Of a stretch of DNA of 64,000 nucleotides, positions 48,706 to 57,179 are shown piece after piece. Under the pieces are notes generated by a model, which saw only the letters and a list, made by a program, of their open reading frames with translations, ran no database searches and was not told the DNA's origin. This DNA is from an uncultured beta proteobacterium. GTDB lineage: Bacteria > Pseudomonadota > Gammaproteobacteria > Burkholderiales > SHXO01. The DNA is taken from contig CAWHCG010000048.1 of NCBI GenBank assembly GCA_963827575.1, forward strand, positions 197,018-261,017, given 5' to 3'. Numbering within the stretch: position 1 is the stretch's first letter; each line of letters begins with the position of its first letter. Made by a program: the position numbers and the translations under genes.

Positions 48706-49377
48706 TCACGCCGCGGCAACCGCCTCCTGCAGGCAGACACTGGTCCCTGCCCACCGCGGGTCGGGCTCGATGCCCACGTCGTCGCGGCGTGCTTCGCGCT
48801 GGTCGACCCAGGCGCCGTCACCGTCCAGAAAGCGTGAGAGGCTGGCCCGGACTTTCTGCCTGGCCTTGAGCAGCCGGGTCTTGACCGTGTTCTGGGGGCA
48901 ATCCTGGATGCGCGCGATCTCGACCAGGGACAGGCCTTCGTGCAGCGACAGCCGCAGGCATTCGCGCTGCGGCGGCGGCAGCTCTTCGAGGGACAGCATC
49001 AGGCGCTCGCGCCGCTGGCGCTCCACGGCCGCCCGATAGGGATCGCTGTCCTCGCAGGCCAGGGTGACTTCGACATCGTCCAGACCGTCATGCTCGGGCA
49101 TGCGCGCGCGCATCACGTGCAGCGCCTTGTTGCGCGCGATGCCCAGCAGCCAGGTGGTGAAACGGCAGGTGCGGTTGAAGCGGGTCGCCTGCCGCCACAC
49201 CTCGAACATGGTGTCGATCACCACCTGCTCGGCTTCGTGCGGATCGCGCAGAGTGTTCAGGGCGAAAGCGTAGACGCGCCGCCCGTAGGCGCGGTACAGA
49301 ACGCACAGGCTGGCCTCGTCGCCGGCGGCCATGCGCTCCAGCAACTCGGCGACCTGCAACTCGGTCAGCTCCCTCAT
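48706..49377 (-). CDS. ECF-type RNA polymerase sigma-70 factor with ~35-aa C-terminal extension
   Basis: Region 2 (VYAFALNTLRDPHEAEQVVIDTMFEVWR..FTTWLLGIARNKAL) and region 4 (LPPPQRECLRLSLHEGLSLVEIARIQDCPQNTVKTRLLKARQKV). Confidence 0.85.
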   Translation of the reverse strand: MRELTELQVAELLERMAAGDEASLCVLYRAYGRRVYAFALNTLRDPHEAEQVVIDTMFEVWRQATRFNRTCRFTTWLLGIARNKALHVMRARMPEHDGLDDVEVTLACEDSDPYRAAVERQRRERLMLSLEELPPPQRECLRLSLHEGLSLVEIARIQDCPQNTVKTRLLKARQKVRASLSRFLDGDGAWVDQREARRDDVGIEPDPRWAGTSVCLQEAVAAA

Positions 49378-49563
49378 GTCGATTCCTCTCCACGTCGGTG
49401 GGGCCCGGGCATCGGGCGAACGCCGCGGGGAACGTCTCCCCGTGGCGTGAAGAGTGTCACAAGCCGGCTGCGCAATGGAGCTATCGAAAGTTAGGGGTCG
49501 GCCCTTGCAGCGGCCCGCGCGTGCGGCTAACCTGCTGCGATTTCCACCTCCGAGAGCATCGCC

Positions 49564-50574
49564 ATGAGGTCACCGCGCATTGCTGCCTTGGGCCCGTCCC
49601 GCAGCGCCTTCCGGCTGTTTGCCTGGCTCCTGCTCGGGCTCGCTGCGCCGGCGGTCCCGGCCCAGACGCTCCCCAAGGTCGTATTCCTGACCAACTGGCT
49701 GGCGCAGGCCGAGCACGGCGGGTTCTACCAGGCCGTGGCCGAGGGCACCTATCGCAAGCATGGGCTCGACGTGGAGGTGCGCATGGGCGGGCCGCAGGTG
49801 AACGTGGTCCAGCTGCTCCTCGCGGGACAGGCCGATCTGGTCATGGGCTACGATCTGCAGACCATCAAGCTGCTGGAGCAGGACCTGCCGGTGGTCACGG
49901 TCGGCGCGACGTTCCAGAAGGATCCCGCGGTGATCATCGCCCATCCCGACGTCAAGACGATGGCCGATCTCAAGACCCGCACGCTGCTGATCGGGCAGGC
50001 GAGCGAGACCACGTTCTGGCCGTGGCTCAAGGCCAAGTACGGGTTCACCGATGCGCAGAAGCGCCCCTACGCGTTCAGCGTGCAGCAGTTCCTCGTCGAC
50101 AAGAACGTCGCGCAGCAGGGCTACGCTACCTCGGAGCCCTACTCGATCGAGAAGGCCGGCGTGAAGCCCACCGTGTTCCTGCTGGCCGACGCCGGCTACC
50201 CACCGTACGCCCAGACCATCGTCACGACGCAGGCGACCGCCAGGGACAAGCCCGAGATGGTGCGCAAGTTCCTCCAGGCCACGGCCGAGGGGTGGAAGAG
50301 CTACCTGAGCAACCCCGCACCCGGCAACGCCCTCGTCAAGAAGGCCAATCCGCAGATGGAGGACGCACTGCTCGCCTTCGGCTTGGCGAAGATCCGCGAG
50401 TACGGGCTGGTGACCGGCGGCGACGCCAGGACCCAGGGCATCCTCGTGATGACCGACGCGCGCTGGAAGCAGACCTTCGAGTTCATGGCCGGCGCCGGGC
50501 TGGTGCAGCCGCAGCTCGACTACCGCAAGGCCTACACGCTGGAGTTCCTCAAGGCAGTGAAGGTCCTGCCCTGA
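49564..50574 (+). CDS. ABC transporter substrate-binding protein, NMT1/THI5-like
   Basis: A signal peptide ..LLGLAAPAVPAQT, then KVVFLTNWLAQAEHGGFYQAVAEGTYRKHGLDVEV..GQADLVMG. Confidence 0.8.
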   Translation: MRSPRIAALGPSRSAFRLFAWLLLGLAAPAVPAQTLPKVVFLTNWLAQAEHGGFYQAVAEGTYRKHGLDVEVRMGGPQVNVVQLLLAGQADLVMGYDLQTIKLLEQDLPVVTVGATFQKDPAVIIAHPDVKTMADLKTRTLLIGQASETTFWPWLKAKYGFTDAQKRPYAFSVQQFLVDKNVAQQGYATSEPYSIEKAGVKPTVFLLADAGYPPYAQTIVTTQATARDKPEMVRKFLQATAEGWKSYLSNPAPGNALVKKANPQMEDALLAFGLAKIREYGLVTGGDARTQGILVMTDARWKQTFEFMAGAGLVQPQLDYRKAYTLEFLKAVKVLP

Positions 50575-50613
50575 CTCGGGCGACGCCGACACCACACCGC
50601 CCCGGCGCCGTAG

Positions 50614-50807
50614 CCTGCCCCGGGCAGCGACCCCTGGGGCGCCACCCCGCCTCGTAAGAGGCGAGGACAGAAGACCTCCCCTCCTGCCCGAGGAGGGGTG
50701 GCACGCGAAGCGTGACGGGGTGGTGGGAGCCTGCCCGAGCAGGTTTGCGCCACACCACACTGCCACGTCGCGCTCCGCGCGCCACCCCGCCCCGTGAGAA
50801 GGCGGGG
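50614..50807. repeat. cluster of four GC-rich REP-like hairpins
   Basis: CTGCCC/CGGGCAG (50614-50626), CGCCTC gtaa GAGGCG (50648-50663), CCCCTCC tgcccga GGAGGGG (50678-50698), CCCCGCC ccgtgagaa GGCGGGG (50785-50807). GCCACCCCGCC occurs twice. Confidence 0.7.
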
Positions 50808-50824
50808 AGGTTTTGCTTTTCTTG
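50785..50824 (+). terminator. candidate rho-independent terminator
   Basis: A CCCCGCC..GGCGGGG stem followed by aggTTTTgcTTTTcTT. It lies ~210 nt after the SBP stop and upstream of the amine dehydrogenase cluster. Confidence 0.5.
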
Positions 50825-50965
50825 ATTTCGCGTCCTTCGAGGCGCACTCGGCGAGTTCCCTTTTGCGCGCCCAAGACAGCCTAGTTGCGGCGTCCTGAGG
50901 ACAGTAGTAATCTCGACACCGCTTGGTGGGCTGCTCGAGGCCCGCCCGCTCTCGGGGAGGAAACG

Positions 50966-52120
50966 ATGACGCCTGACTTTCTGCGTGCGCCGCACTTGGC
51001 GTGCGCTGCCGTTGCTCTGGGAATCGGCCTGTCGACCGGCGCGCTTGCAGAGTTGCCGACCGAAACGCTCAGCACCGCGCCGGCCATCACGGCCAAGAAC
51101 CGCGCCTACATCGGCGATGTGGCGATCAACTACATCGCCGACGGCAAGCTGCACGTGGTCGACACCGACACGGGCGCCTATCTGGGCGTGGTCGGCAGCG
51201 GCTTCGCCGGGCAGTACGTCCTCAATGCCGACACGCGCGAGCTGATCATCGCCACCGGCTATCTGTCACGCGGGCAACGCGGCGAGCGCACCGATATCGT
51301 CGAGGTCTGGGACGCCGACACCCTTACCTTCAAGCACGAGATCGTCATTCCTCCGAAACGGGCGATGGCGCTCAACTACGAGGGCCTGTTGCGCCTGTCA
51401 GCCGACAAGCGCTGGCTGTACGTGCAAAACTCCACTCCGGCAACTTCCGTGACCGTCGTGGACATGCAGGCGAAAGCCGTCGCCTCCGAGATCCCGATGC
51501 CCGGCTGCTGGGGCATCTACGTTCCCGCCTCCCGCTCCGACCGCTTCACTTCGCTGTGCGGCGACGGCACCATCGCCACCGTCACACTCAGCAACGGCCA
51601 GCCCGCCTCGCGCGCCAACAGCGCCAAGCTGTTCGATCCGGACAAGGACGCCTGGTTCGTTCAGGGCGAGCAGGACGGCGACAGCTGTCACTTCGTCAGC
51701 TTCCTGGGCAATATCGCCGAGGTGAGCATCGGCGGCGACACCGCCACGCTCACAGGAACCTGGCCGCTGGTCACGATGTCGGCCGACAAGAAGAAGAACT
51801 GGCGTCCCGGCGGCTACCAGCCGCTGGCCGTGCATCCGGCGACTGGCCGCTTGTACGTCACCATGCATCCCAACGGGGCGGAGGGCAGCCACAAGAACCC
51901 GGCCGAGCAGATCTGGGGCTTCGACCTGAAGTCGAAGAAGCGTATCGCGCGCCTCCCGGGACACTCCTCCATCGCGCTGGAGCCTTCCCCCGACGGCAAG
52001 CGCCTCTACGCAATCGACATCGTCAAGACCGAACTGATCGTGTTCGACCTCGGTGCCAAGCCGAAGGTCCGTAGTGCCACGCAGATCGGCATGGTCCCGG
52101 CGCAGATCGAAGCCTTCTGA
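50966..52120 (+). CDS. mauB: TTQ-dependent amine dehydrogenase large (heavy) subunit, MauB/AauB family
   Basis: A signal peptide, then ..VYIGDVAINYIADGKLHVVDTDTGAYLGVV..ATGYLSRGQRGERTDIVEVWD..GCWGIYV..WRPGGYQPLAVHP.., a seven-bladed propeller pattern typical of methylamine/aromatic amine dehydrogenase heavy chains. Confidence 0.85.
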   Translation: MTPDFLRAPHLACAAVALGIGLSTGALAELPTETLSTAPAITAKNRAYIGDVAINYIADGKLHVVDTDTGAYLGVVGSGFAGQYVLNADTRELIIATGYLSRGQRGERTDIVEVWDADTLTFKHEIVIPPKRAMALNYEGLLRLSADKRWLYVQNSTPATSVTVVDMQAKAVASEIPMPGCWGIYVPASRSDRFTSLCGDGTIATVTLSNGQPASRANSAKLFDPDKDAWFVQGEQDGDSCHFVSFLGNIAEVSIGGDTATLTGTWPLVTMSADKKKNWRPGGYQPLAVHPATGRLYVTMHPNGAEGSHKNPAEQIWGFDLKSKKRIARLPGHSSIALEPSPDGKRLYAIDIVKTELIVFDLGAKPKVRSATQIGMVPAQIEAF

Positions 52121-52677
52121 TGGACCTGTCCGCATTCGCTGCCGACCCGATCGCGGTGGGGACCATCGTCGGCGCCCTGGCGCTGGTGATGTTCGCCGCG
52201 GCGTGGCACAAGTTGAGCGAGCCGGACGTGTTCGCCGGCTCGCTGGCGGCGTACCGGTTGCTGCCGCAAGCGCTGGTAACGCCGGTGGCGCGGCTGCTTC
52301 CCTTGGCGGAAGCGGCATTGGGCGCTGGCATCCTGCTGCCCGCCACGCGCCCGATTGCACTGCTGTTGCTGGCAGGGCTGGTACTCGTCTACGGGACGGC
52401 GATGGCGATCAACCTGCTGCGCGGCCGGCACGACATCGACTGCGGCTGTGGCGGCGCAACGCATCCGCTGTCCTGGGGGCTGGTAGCGCGCAACATCGTG
52501 CTCGCCGCGGCTGCTTTGATCGTCAGCCGGCCCACGCTGGAGCGCAGCATGGACTGGATCGACGCTCTGACGCTGGTGCTGGGCGTGCTGGCGTTCTACG
52601 CGCTGTATCTCATGGCCGACGAGCTGCTGCGGCAGGCGAGCCGGCTGGCGCAGATCAAGCGCGCCGAGCAGGATTGA
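52120..52677 (+). CDS. mauE: methylamine utilization protein MauE-like membrane protein
   Basis: FAAAWHKLSEPDVFAGSLAAYRLLP..NLLRGRHDIDCGCGG, the characteristic MauE motif. The ATG overlaps the mauB stop (TGATG). Confidence 0.8.
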   Translation: MDLSAFAADPIAVGTIVGALALVMFAAAWHKLSEPDVFAGSLAAYRLLPQALVTPVARLLPLAEAALGAGILLPATRPIALLLLAGLVLVYGTAMAINLLRGRHDIDCGCGGATHPLSWGLVARNIVLAAAALIVSRPTLERSMDWIDALTLVLGVLAFYALYLMADELLRQASRLAQIKRAEQD

Positions 52678-52682
52678 GCGAT

Positions 52683-53294
52683 ATGACGAGCCTGATGATC
52701 TCGAACGCCCTGCTGTGGGTCCTGATGCTGGCGGTGATCGTGGCCCTGTGGGCCCTGGCGCGCCAGGTGGGGATCCTGTACGAGCGCATCGCGCCCATGG
52801 GAGCGCTGGTGACCGACGCGGGACCGAAGCTCGGCGACAAAGCGCCGGTTTTCGAGCTCCCCGCGCTCAATGGGACGCTGGTGGGCATCGGCGGAGAGCG
52901 CCCCAAGAGCCAGCTCATCTTCTTCCTGTCGCATAACTGCCCGGTGTGCAAGAAGCTGCTGCCGGTGCTCAAGTCGGCCTCGCAGGCGGAGCGCGAGTGG
53001 CTCGACGTGGTGCTGGCGAGCGACGGCGACTCCACCCAGCACCTGGGCTTCTACGGTGAGGCCAAGCTCCAGCAGTTCCCCTATGTGCTGTCGGCGGACC
53101 TGGGCATGACCTACCGGGTCAGCCGGCTGCCTTACGCCGTATTGATCGACGAGCGCGGAGTGATCCGCGCCAAAGGGCTGGTGAACTCCCGCGAGCATCT
53201 GGAAAGCCTGTTCAACGCCAAGGAGCTGGGGGTAGGCACGGTGCAGGACTATATCCGCGACCGTGTCGGCGCGCAGCCCGGTGAGACTGCTTGA
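52683..53294 (+). CDS. mauD: MauD-like thioredoxin-fold protein
   Basis: An N-terminal TM segment, then KAPVFELPALNG..LIFFLSHNCPVCKKLLP (CxxC) ..RLPYAVLIDERGVIRAKG. Confidence 0.8.
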   Translation: MTSLMISNALLWVLMLAVIVALWALARQVGILYERIAPMGALVTDAGPKLGDKAPVFELPALNGTLVGIGGERPKSQLIFFLSHNCPVCKKLLPVLKSASQAEREWLDVVLASDGDSTQHLGFYGEAKLQQFPYVLSADLGMTYRVSRLPYAVLIDERGVIRAKGLVNSREHLESLFNAKELGVGTVQDYIRDRVGAQPGETA

Positions 53295-53335
53295 ATCCGT
53301 AACGTAGGCCCGAATCCGCAAAACTAGCAGGAGGG

Positions 53336-53881
53336 GTGAACATGACGCTCTTCGAAACATGGCTTGATCGCTTCACCGAGCGCCGCGTGCGCCGAGCCGC
53401 ACAGTTGACCGGCCGCCGCAGCGCGGTGGCCAAGGTGGGCGCGGCGCTGGTGGGTAGCGCCGTGCTGCCGATGCTGCCCTTCGACCGCTCGGGCCGGGCC
53501 TATGCCCAGCACGGGGGCGCCGGCGGCGGCAAGGCCGAGGATCCGATGGCCTGCGAGTACTGGCGCAACTGCGCACTGGACGGGTTCATGTGCGGCTGCT
53601 GCGGCGGCTCTGCGACGGCTTGCCCGCCGGGTTCCGTGGTCTCCAAGGTGAGCTGGGTGGGCACCTGCAAGAATCCGAAAGACGGCACCGCCTATCTGGT
53701 GAGCTACAACGACTGCTGCGGCAAGACCGCCTGCGCCCGTTGCCTGTGCAACTTCAACGAGGGCGAGCGGCCGGGCTATCGCATGGGCGTGTTCAACGAC
53801 ATCAACTGGTGCATGGCCAACACTCAGACCATGTACCACTGCACGGTGTCGGTGGTGGTGGGCGTATCGGATGCCGCATGA
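53336..53881 (+). CDS. mauA: TTQ-dependent amine dehydrogenase small (light) subunit, MauA/AauA family
   Basis: A long leader (..RRSAVAKVGAALVGSAVLPMLPF) and a Cys-rich mature part, ACEYWRNCALDGFMCGCCGG..SWVGTCKNP..SYNDCCGKTACARCLCN..INWCM. Confidence 0.85.
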   Translation: MNMTLFETWLDRFTERRVRRAAQLTGRRSAVAKVGAALVGSAVLPMLPFDRSGRAYAQHGGAGGGKAEDPMACEYWRNCALDGFMCGCCGGSATACPPGSVVSKVSWVGTCKNPKDGTAYLVSYNDCCGKTACARCLCNFNEGERPGYRMGVFNDINWCMANTQTMYHCTVSVVVGVSDAA

Positions 53882-54335
53882 GGGGCCCGCAGCGTTAGCC
53901 GGTTTAGCTCTGACCCTCGCGGCCGCCACCGCGAGTGCGCAGGATACGAGCGGCAGCGGCGTGTTTGTTCAGGCCTGCGCCCCCTGCCACCAGCCCGACG
54001 GCAGCGGGACGCCGGGTTATGCCCCGCCCGTGAAGGGTGCGTACTGGCAGAGGCTGCTCGCCGAGCGCAGCTATCTGCCGCGCGTCATCGCATTCGGCTT
54101 GACCGGTCAGATCAAAGTCGGCGAGTCGGTGTTCAGTGGCGGCATGGCCGGGCAGACTCAGCTCACCGATGAGCAGGTCGCCGCCGTCGCCAATCATGTC
54201 GCCTCCGGGCTGAACGCCGGCCAATTGCCTCCCGGCTGGAAGCCCTACGATGCAGCGGAGGTGGCCGGGGTCCGCGGGACTGCACGCGGCAGCGCCGAGC
54301 AGCGGCAACTCCGTAAGCAGGCCCTCGCGCCATGA
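53871..54335 (+). CDS. monohaem c-type cytochrome
   Basis: Signal peptide ..LALTLAAATASAQD, one CxxCH (CAPCH), and a distal Met candidate in ..SGGMAGQ.. It overlaps the mauA end by 11 nt. Confidence 0.75.
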   Translation: MPHEGPAALAGLALTLAAATASAQDTSGSGVFVQACAPCHQPDGSGTPGYAPPVKGAYWQRLLAERSYLPRVIAFGLTGQIKVGESVFSGGMAGQTQLTDEQVAAVANHVASGLNAGQLPPGWKPYDAAEVAGVRGTARGSAEQRQLRKQALAP

Positions 54336-54781
54336 ATGCGCGCCGTGCCGGCGCGCTCGCCGGTGTGCTGCTCGCCGCCACGGCGCCCTGCGGGCTGGCG
54401 GATGTCAAGGTCTACCAGGGCAGCGAGCACGACTACGTGCTGCATTGTTCAGGCTGCCACTCCATGGACGGCAGCGGCCATCCCGACTTCGGGGTTCCCG
54501 ATTTCCGCAATCAGATCGGGTATTTCCTTCGCCTGCCGGAAGGTCGCGCCTTTCTCATGCAGGTCCCTGGCCTGCTGAGCGCGGGCCTGTCGGATGATCG
54601 CAGGGCCGCGGTCACCAACTACGTCATCAAGACCTTTTCGGGAGATTCGCTCCCGCAGGACTTCCTCCCCTACACCGCCGACGAGGCGAAGCGCTACCGC
54701 GAGAACCGGCCGGCCGACGTCGCGGCCAGGCGGGTCCAGCTGTACCAGCAGCTCAACGGGCTCGGGTACGCACTCAAGTGA
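54332..54781 (+). CDS. monohaem c-type cytochrome
   Basis: Signal peptide MNARRAGALAGVLLAATAPCGLA and one CxxCH (CSGCH). The ATG overlaps the previous stop (ATGA). Confidence 0.7.
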   Translation: MNARRAGALAGVLLAATAPCGLADVKVYQGSEHDYVLHCSGCHSMDGSGHPDFGVPDFRNQIGYFLRLPEGRAFLMQVPGLLSAGLSDDRRAAVTNYVIKTFSGDSLPQDFLPYTADEAKRYRENRPADVAARRVQLYQQLNGLGYALK

Positions 54782-54906
54782 CGCTCGAGGCATTCAGCGA
54801 ACATCGGCTCGGTTGAACTAGCCAGCGCGCCTCCGCTCTGAGCTATTGGAACATGCCCCCAGGCATGTCGGCTGCCGCCGTGCGGCTCTACATCACCCAC
54901 CATTCC

Positions 54907-55356
54907 ATGCTCAAGCACCTCGCCAAGCTCCTCTCCGGATCCCAGGACGTATCCGCGCCGCCCTTCGAGCAGCAAGGGCTGGAGAGTGCGGTCGCCACCC
55001 TGCTGTACGAGATGACGCGCATGGACACCGAGGTCAAGGCAGTGGACCTCCAGGCGGCACGCGCCGCGCTCGCGGATCTGCTCGGTCTCGACAGGCAACG
55101 GGCCGATGCGCTGCTGGAGGAAGCCGGGCACAAGGTCGGCCGTCTTACTTCCTACTTTGCGCCGGTGTCCGTCATCAACCGCCATTTCGAAATGGACCAG
55201 CGCATCCGCTTCGTCGAGCACATGTGGCGCGTCGCCTACGCCGACGGCGGGCTGGACCAATACGAAGACCATCTGGTGCGCAAGATCTCGCACCTGCTCT
55301 ACGTGCCTCACGTTCAAGGCATGCTGGCCCGCCAGCGCGCTCGCGGCGCCGCTTGA
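54907..55356 (+). CDS. TerB-family (tellurite-resistance-like) protein
   Basis: From the internal ATG: MLKHLAKLLSG..ATLLYEMTRMDTEV..FVEHMWRVAYADGGLDQYEDHLVRKISHLL, the pattern I associate with small TerB-family proteins. Confidence 0.6.
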   Translation: MLKHLAKLLSGSQDVSAPPFEQQGLESAVATLLYEMTRMDTEVKAVDLQAARAALADLLGLDRQRADALLEEAGHKVGRLTSYFAPVSVINRHFEMDQRIRFVEHMWRVAYADGGLDQYEDHLVRKISHLLYVPHVQGMLARQRARGAA

Positions 55357-55410
55357 CTACCGCCTGAGGCGGGACATCTGGCGTAGCGGCGCCTCAAGAG
55401 CGAACCCCAT

Positions 55411-55686
55411 TCATCCGCAGAGGATGCCGAGGACCGCAGAGGAGGATCGCTAACCTCAGCGACCACGAAGGTCACGAAGGAACACGAAGAAGGCTCTCTC
55501 GTGCTGGTCGATTTGCGGGCCGCCTTGGTGGCTCTATCTGCCCCCTCTCCCCAGCCCTCTCCCACGAGGGGAGAGGGGCCCGCAGCGGCGTTTCCGCCGT
55601 CACTGTGACCGGGCACCAGTGGAAACTACGGGAGAACCACCGAAACTCCCTCTCCCCTTGTGGGAGAGGGTTGGGGGAGAGGGGGA
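55411..55686. repeat. repeat jumble: two different left arms without partners plus two REP-like hairpins
   Basis: cCGCagaggatgccgaggaccgcagaggagg (55411-55445). gaccacgaaggtcacgaaggaacacgaagaagg (55460-55494). CCCTCTCCC acga GGGGAGAGGG (55555-55577). CCCTCTCCC cttgt GGGAGAGGG (55648-55670). Confidence 0.75.
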
Positions 55687-55699
55687 TGGCGAAGGCTGC

Positions 55700-55984
55700 G
55701 ATCCCGATGTCATCAGGGTCGGCGAGATGCGCGACGCGGAGACCGCCCGCATCGCCATCGAAGCGTCCATGACCGGCCATCTTGTCTTGTCTACGCTGCA
55801 CACCAACTCTTCCGCGGAGACGGCAGCACGGTTGATCGAGCTCGGCATCGACCCGTTCAGCTTGTCCGACGCGCTGCTCGCCATCGTGTCGCAGCGGCTC
55901 GCGCGCAAGCTGTGCAGCCGCTGCCGCAAGGCGTACGCGCCCAAGCCCGAGGAGCTCGACGAGCTGGCCGCCGAGTACTACTAC
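55700..55984 (+). pseudogene. internal fragment (~95 codons) of a GspE/PilB-family secretion ATPase
   Basis: [69 protein letters not shown] covers Walker B/His-box to the tetracysteine start. The Walker A half upstream is absent and the normal C-terminus downstream is not recognisable. Confidence 0.7.
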
Positions 55985-56113
55985 TGCGCGCACCGGCGTC
56001 AGCCCGGGCGGGCCGAGCGCGATCAATTGCTGGCGCAGGACGCAGCTCGCCGTGCGCGGGCTCTGCGCCGTAGCTCTATACTGGGCTGCATCGCGACTCA
56101 CAGCGGAGGCACC

Positions 56114-56425
56114 ATGCTCGTCAAGTTCGACTCCAAAGTCGGCGCGCTCACGATGTTCGGTGACGTTGCCGTCGAGCTGCTCAAGCTCATGGGTCACTCG
56201 GGAACAGTCCCGAGTGCCATCCTCGCGCCGGATATCTCTGCGGCGCTCGAGCGCCTCACGCTCGCTCTCGACCAAGGGGCATCGCTGCCGGCCACGCCGA
56301 CCGACGAGGAGGATCGGCGGGAGGGCCGCAAGCCGGTGTCCCTGCGCCAGCGCGCCTACCCGCTCATCGACCTGCTCGAGCGTGCCGCCAGGAACAACGC
56401 CGACGTGATGTGGGAGCGCGGCTAG
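56114..56425 (+). CDS. DUF1840 domain protein
   Basis: [61 protein letters not shown], as I recall DUF1840. It is in the same frame as the upstream GspE fragment but has its own ATG. Confidence 0.6.
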   Translation: MLVKFDSKVGALTMFGDVAVELLKLMGHSGTVPSAILAPDISAALERLTLALDQGASLPATPTDEEDRREGRKPVSLRQRAYPLIDLLERAARNNADVMWERG

Positions 56426-56455
56426 CCCTCTCCCCTCACGGGAGTGGGGACAGGT
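56426..56455. repeat. REP-like GC-rich hairpin
   Basis: ccctctcccctcacgggagtggggacagg, with a CTCCC..GGGAG stem, directly after the DUF1840 stop. Confidence 0.6.
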
Positions 56456-56645
56456 GTGGGGGATTGTTTTCTCAATGGAGCCAATGCATCCGGCGGGTTT
56501 ACGCCCGGCTGACTCGCCATTGCCTGCTTTTGAAGCAGGAAGTGTGCTTGCAGATCAGACCCTTGCAGCCGATAAGAGCTGGTCGGACCGGGCCTGGACG
56601 GCGGGATCCGACGCTACCGGTCGTAAGCCTAAGGAGGACCAGACG

Positions 56646-57176
56646 ATGGCGCGTTTTCGTTCCAGTATCGCGATTGGAGCCACTCTGCTTGCAGCCTGCG
56701 GGAGTGGCGAGTTCGCAGATTTGCAGGGTTTCGTCGGCGACCCGCACAACGAGCTGCGTGGGCGCGTAGAGCCGGCCCCGCAGGTTGCGGCGGCCGAGCC
56801 CTTCGCCTATGAGGTTACGGATGTGCCCGACCCGTTTGCGGCGCAGCGTGTAGTGCCCAGAAATGCCGACCCCGGCCTGCCGGCCCCGAGACGTCCGGGC
56901 CCGCACGAACCGCTTGCCGCCTATCCACTCGAATCACTCGCGATGGTCGGCACGCTCACCCGCGGCGGGCAGCGCTGGGCGCTGATCCGCACGCCCGAGA
57001 ACGCGATCTACCGTGTGGCCCGCGGCAGCTTCATGGGCCAGCAACTCGGCGAGGTGGCCGCGATCAGCGAGGCGTCCGTAACGCTGCATGAATACGTGCA
57101 GGACACCGTTACCGGTCAGTGGAGCGAGCGCGTCAGCAATCTCCTGCTCCAGGACGGCGAGCGCGGTCCGGGCTAG
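56646..57176 (+). CDS. pilP: type IV pilus assembly lipoprotein PilP-like (orphan)
   Basis: AAGGAGG RBS. MARFRSSIAIGATLLAACG (lipobox), ..PLESLAMVGTLTRGGQRWALIRTPENAIYRVARGSFMGQQLGEVAAISEASVTLHEYV, the PilP core pattern. No pilMNOQ genes are adjacent. Confidence 0.65.
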   Translation: MARFRSSIAIGATLLAACGSGEFADLQGFVGDPHNELRGRVEPAPQVAAAEPFAYEVTDVPDPFAAQRVVPRNADPGLPAPRRPGPHEPLAAYPLESLAMVGTLTRGGQRWALIRTPENAIYRVARGSFMGQQLGEVAAISEASVTLHEYVQDTVTGQWSERVSNLLLQDGERGPG

Positions 57177-57179
57177 GCA

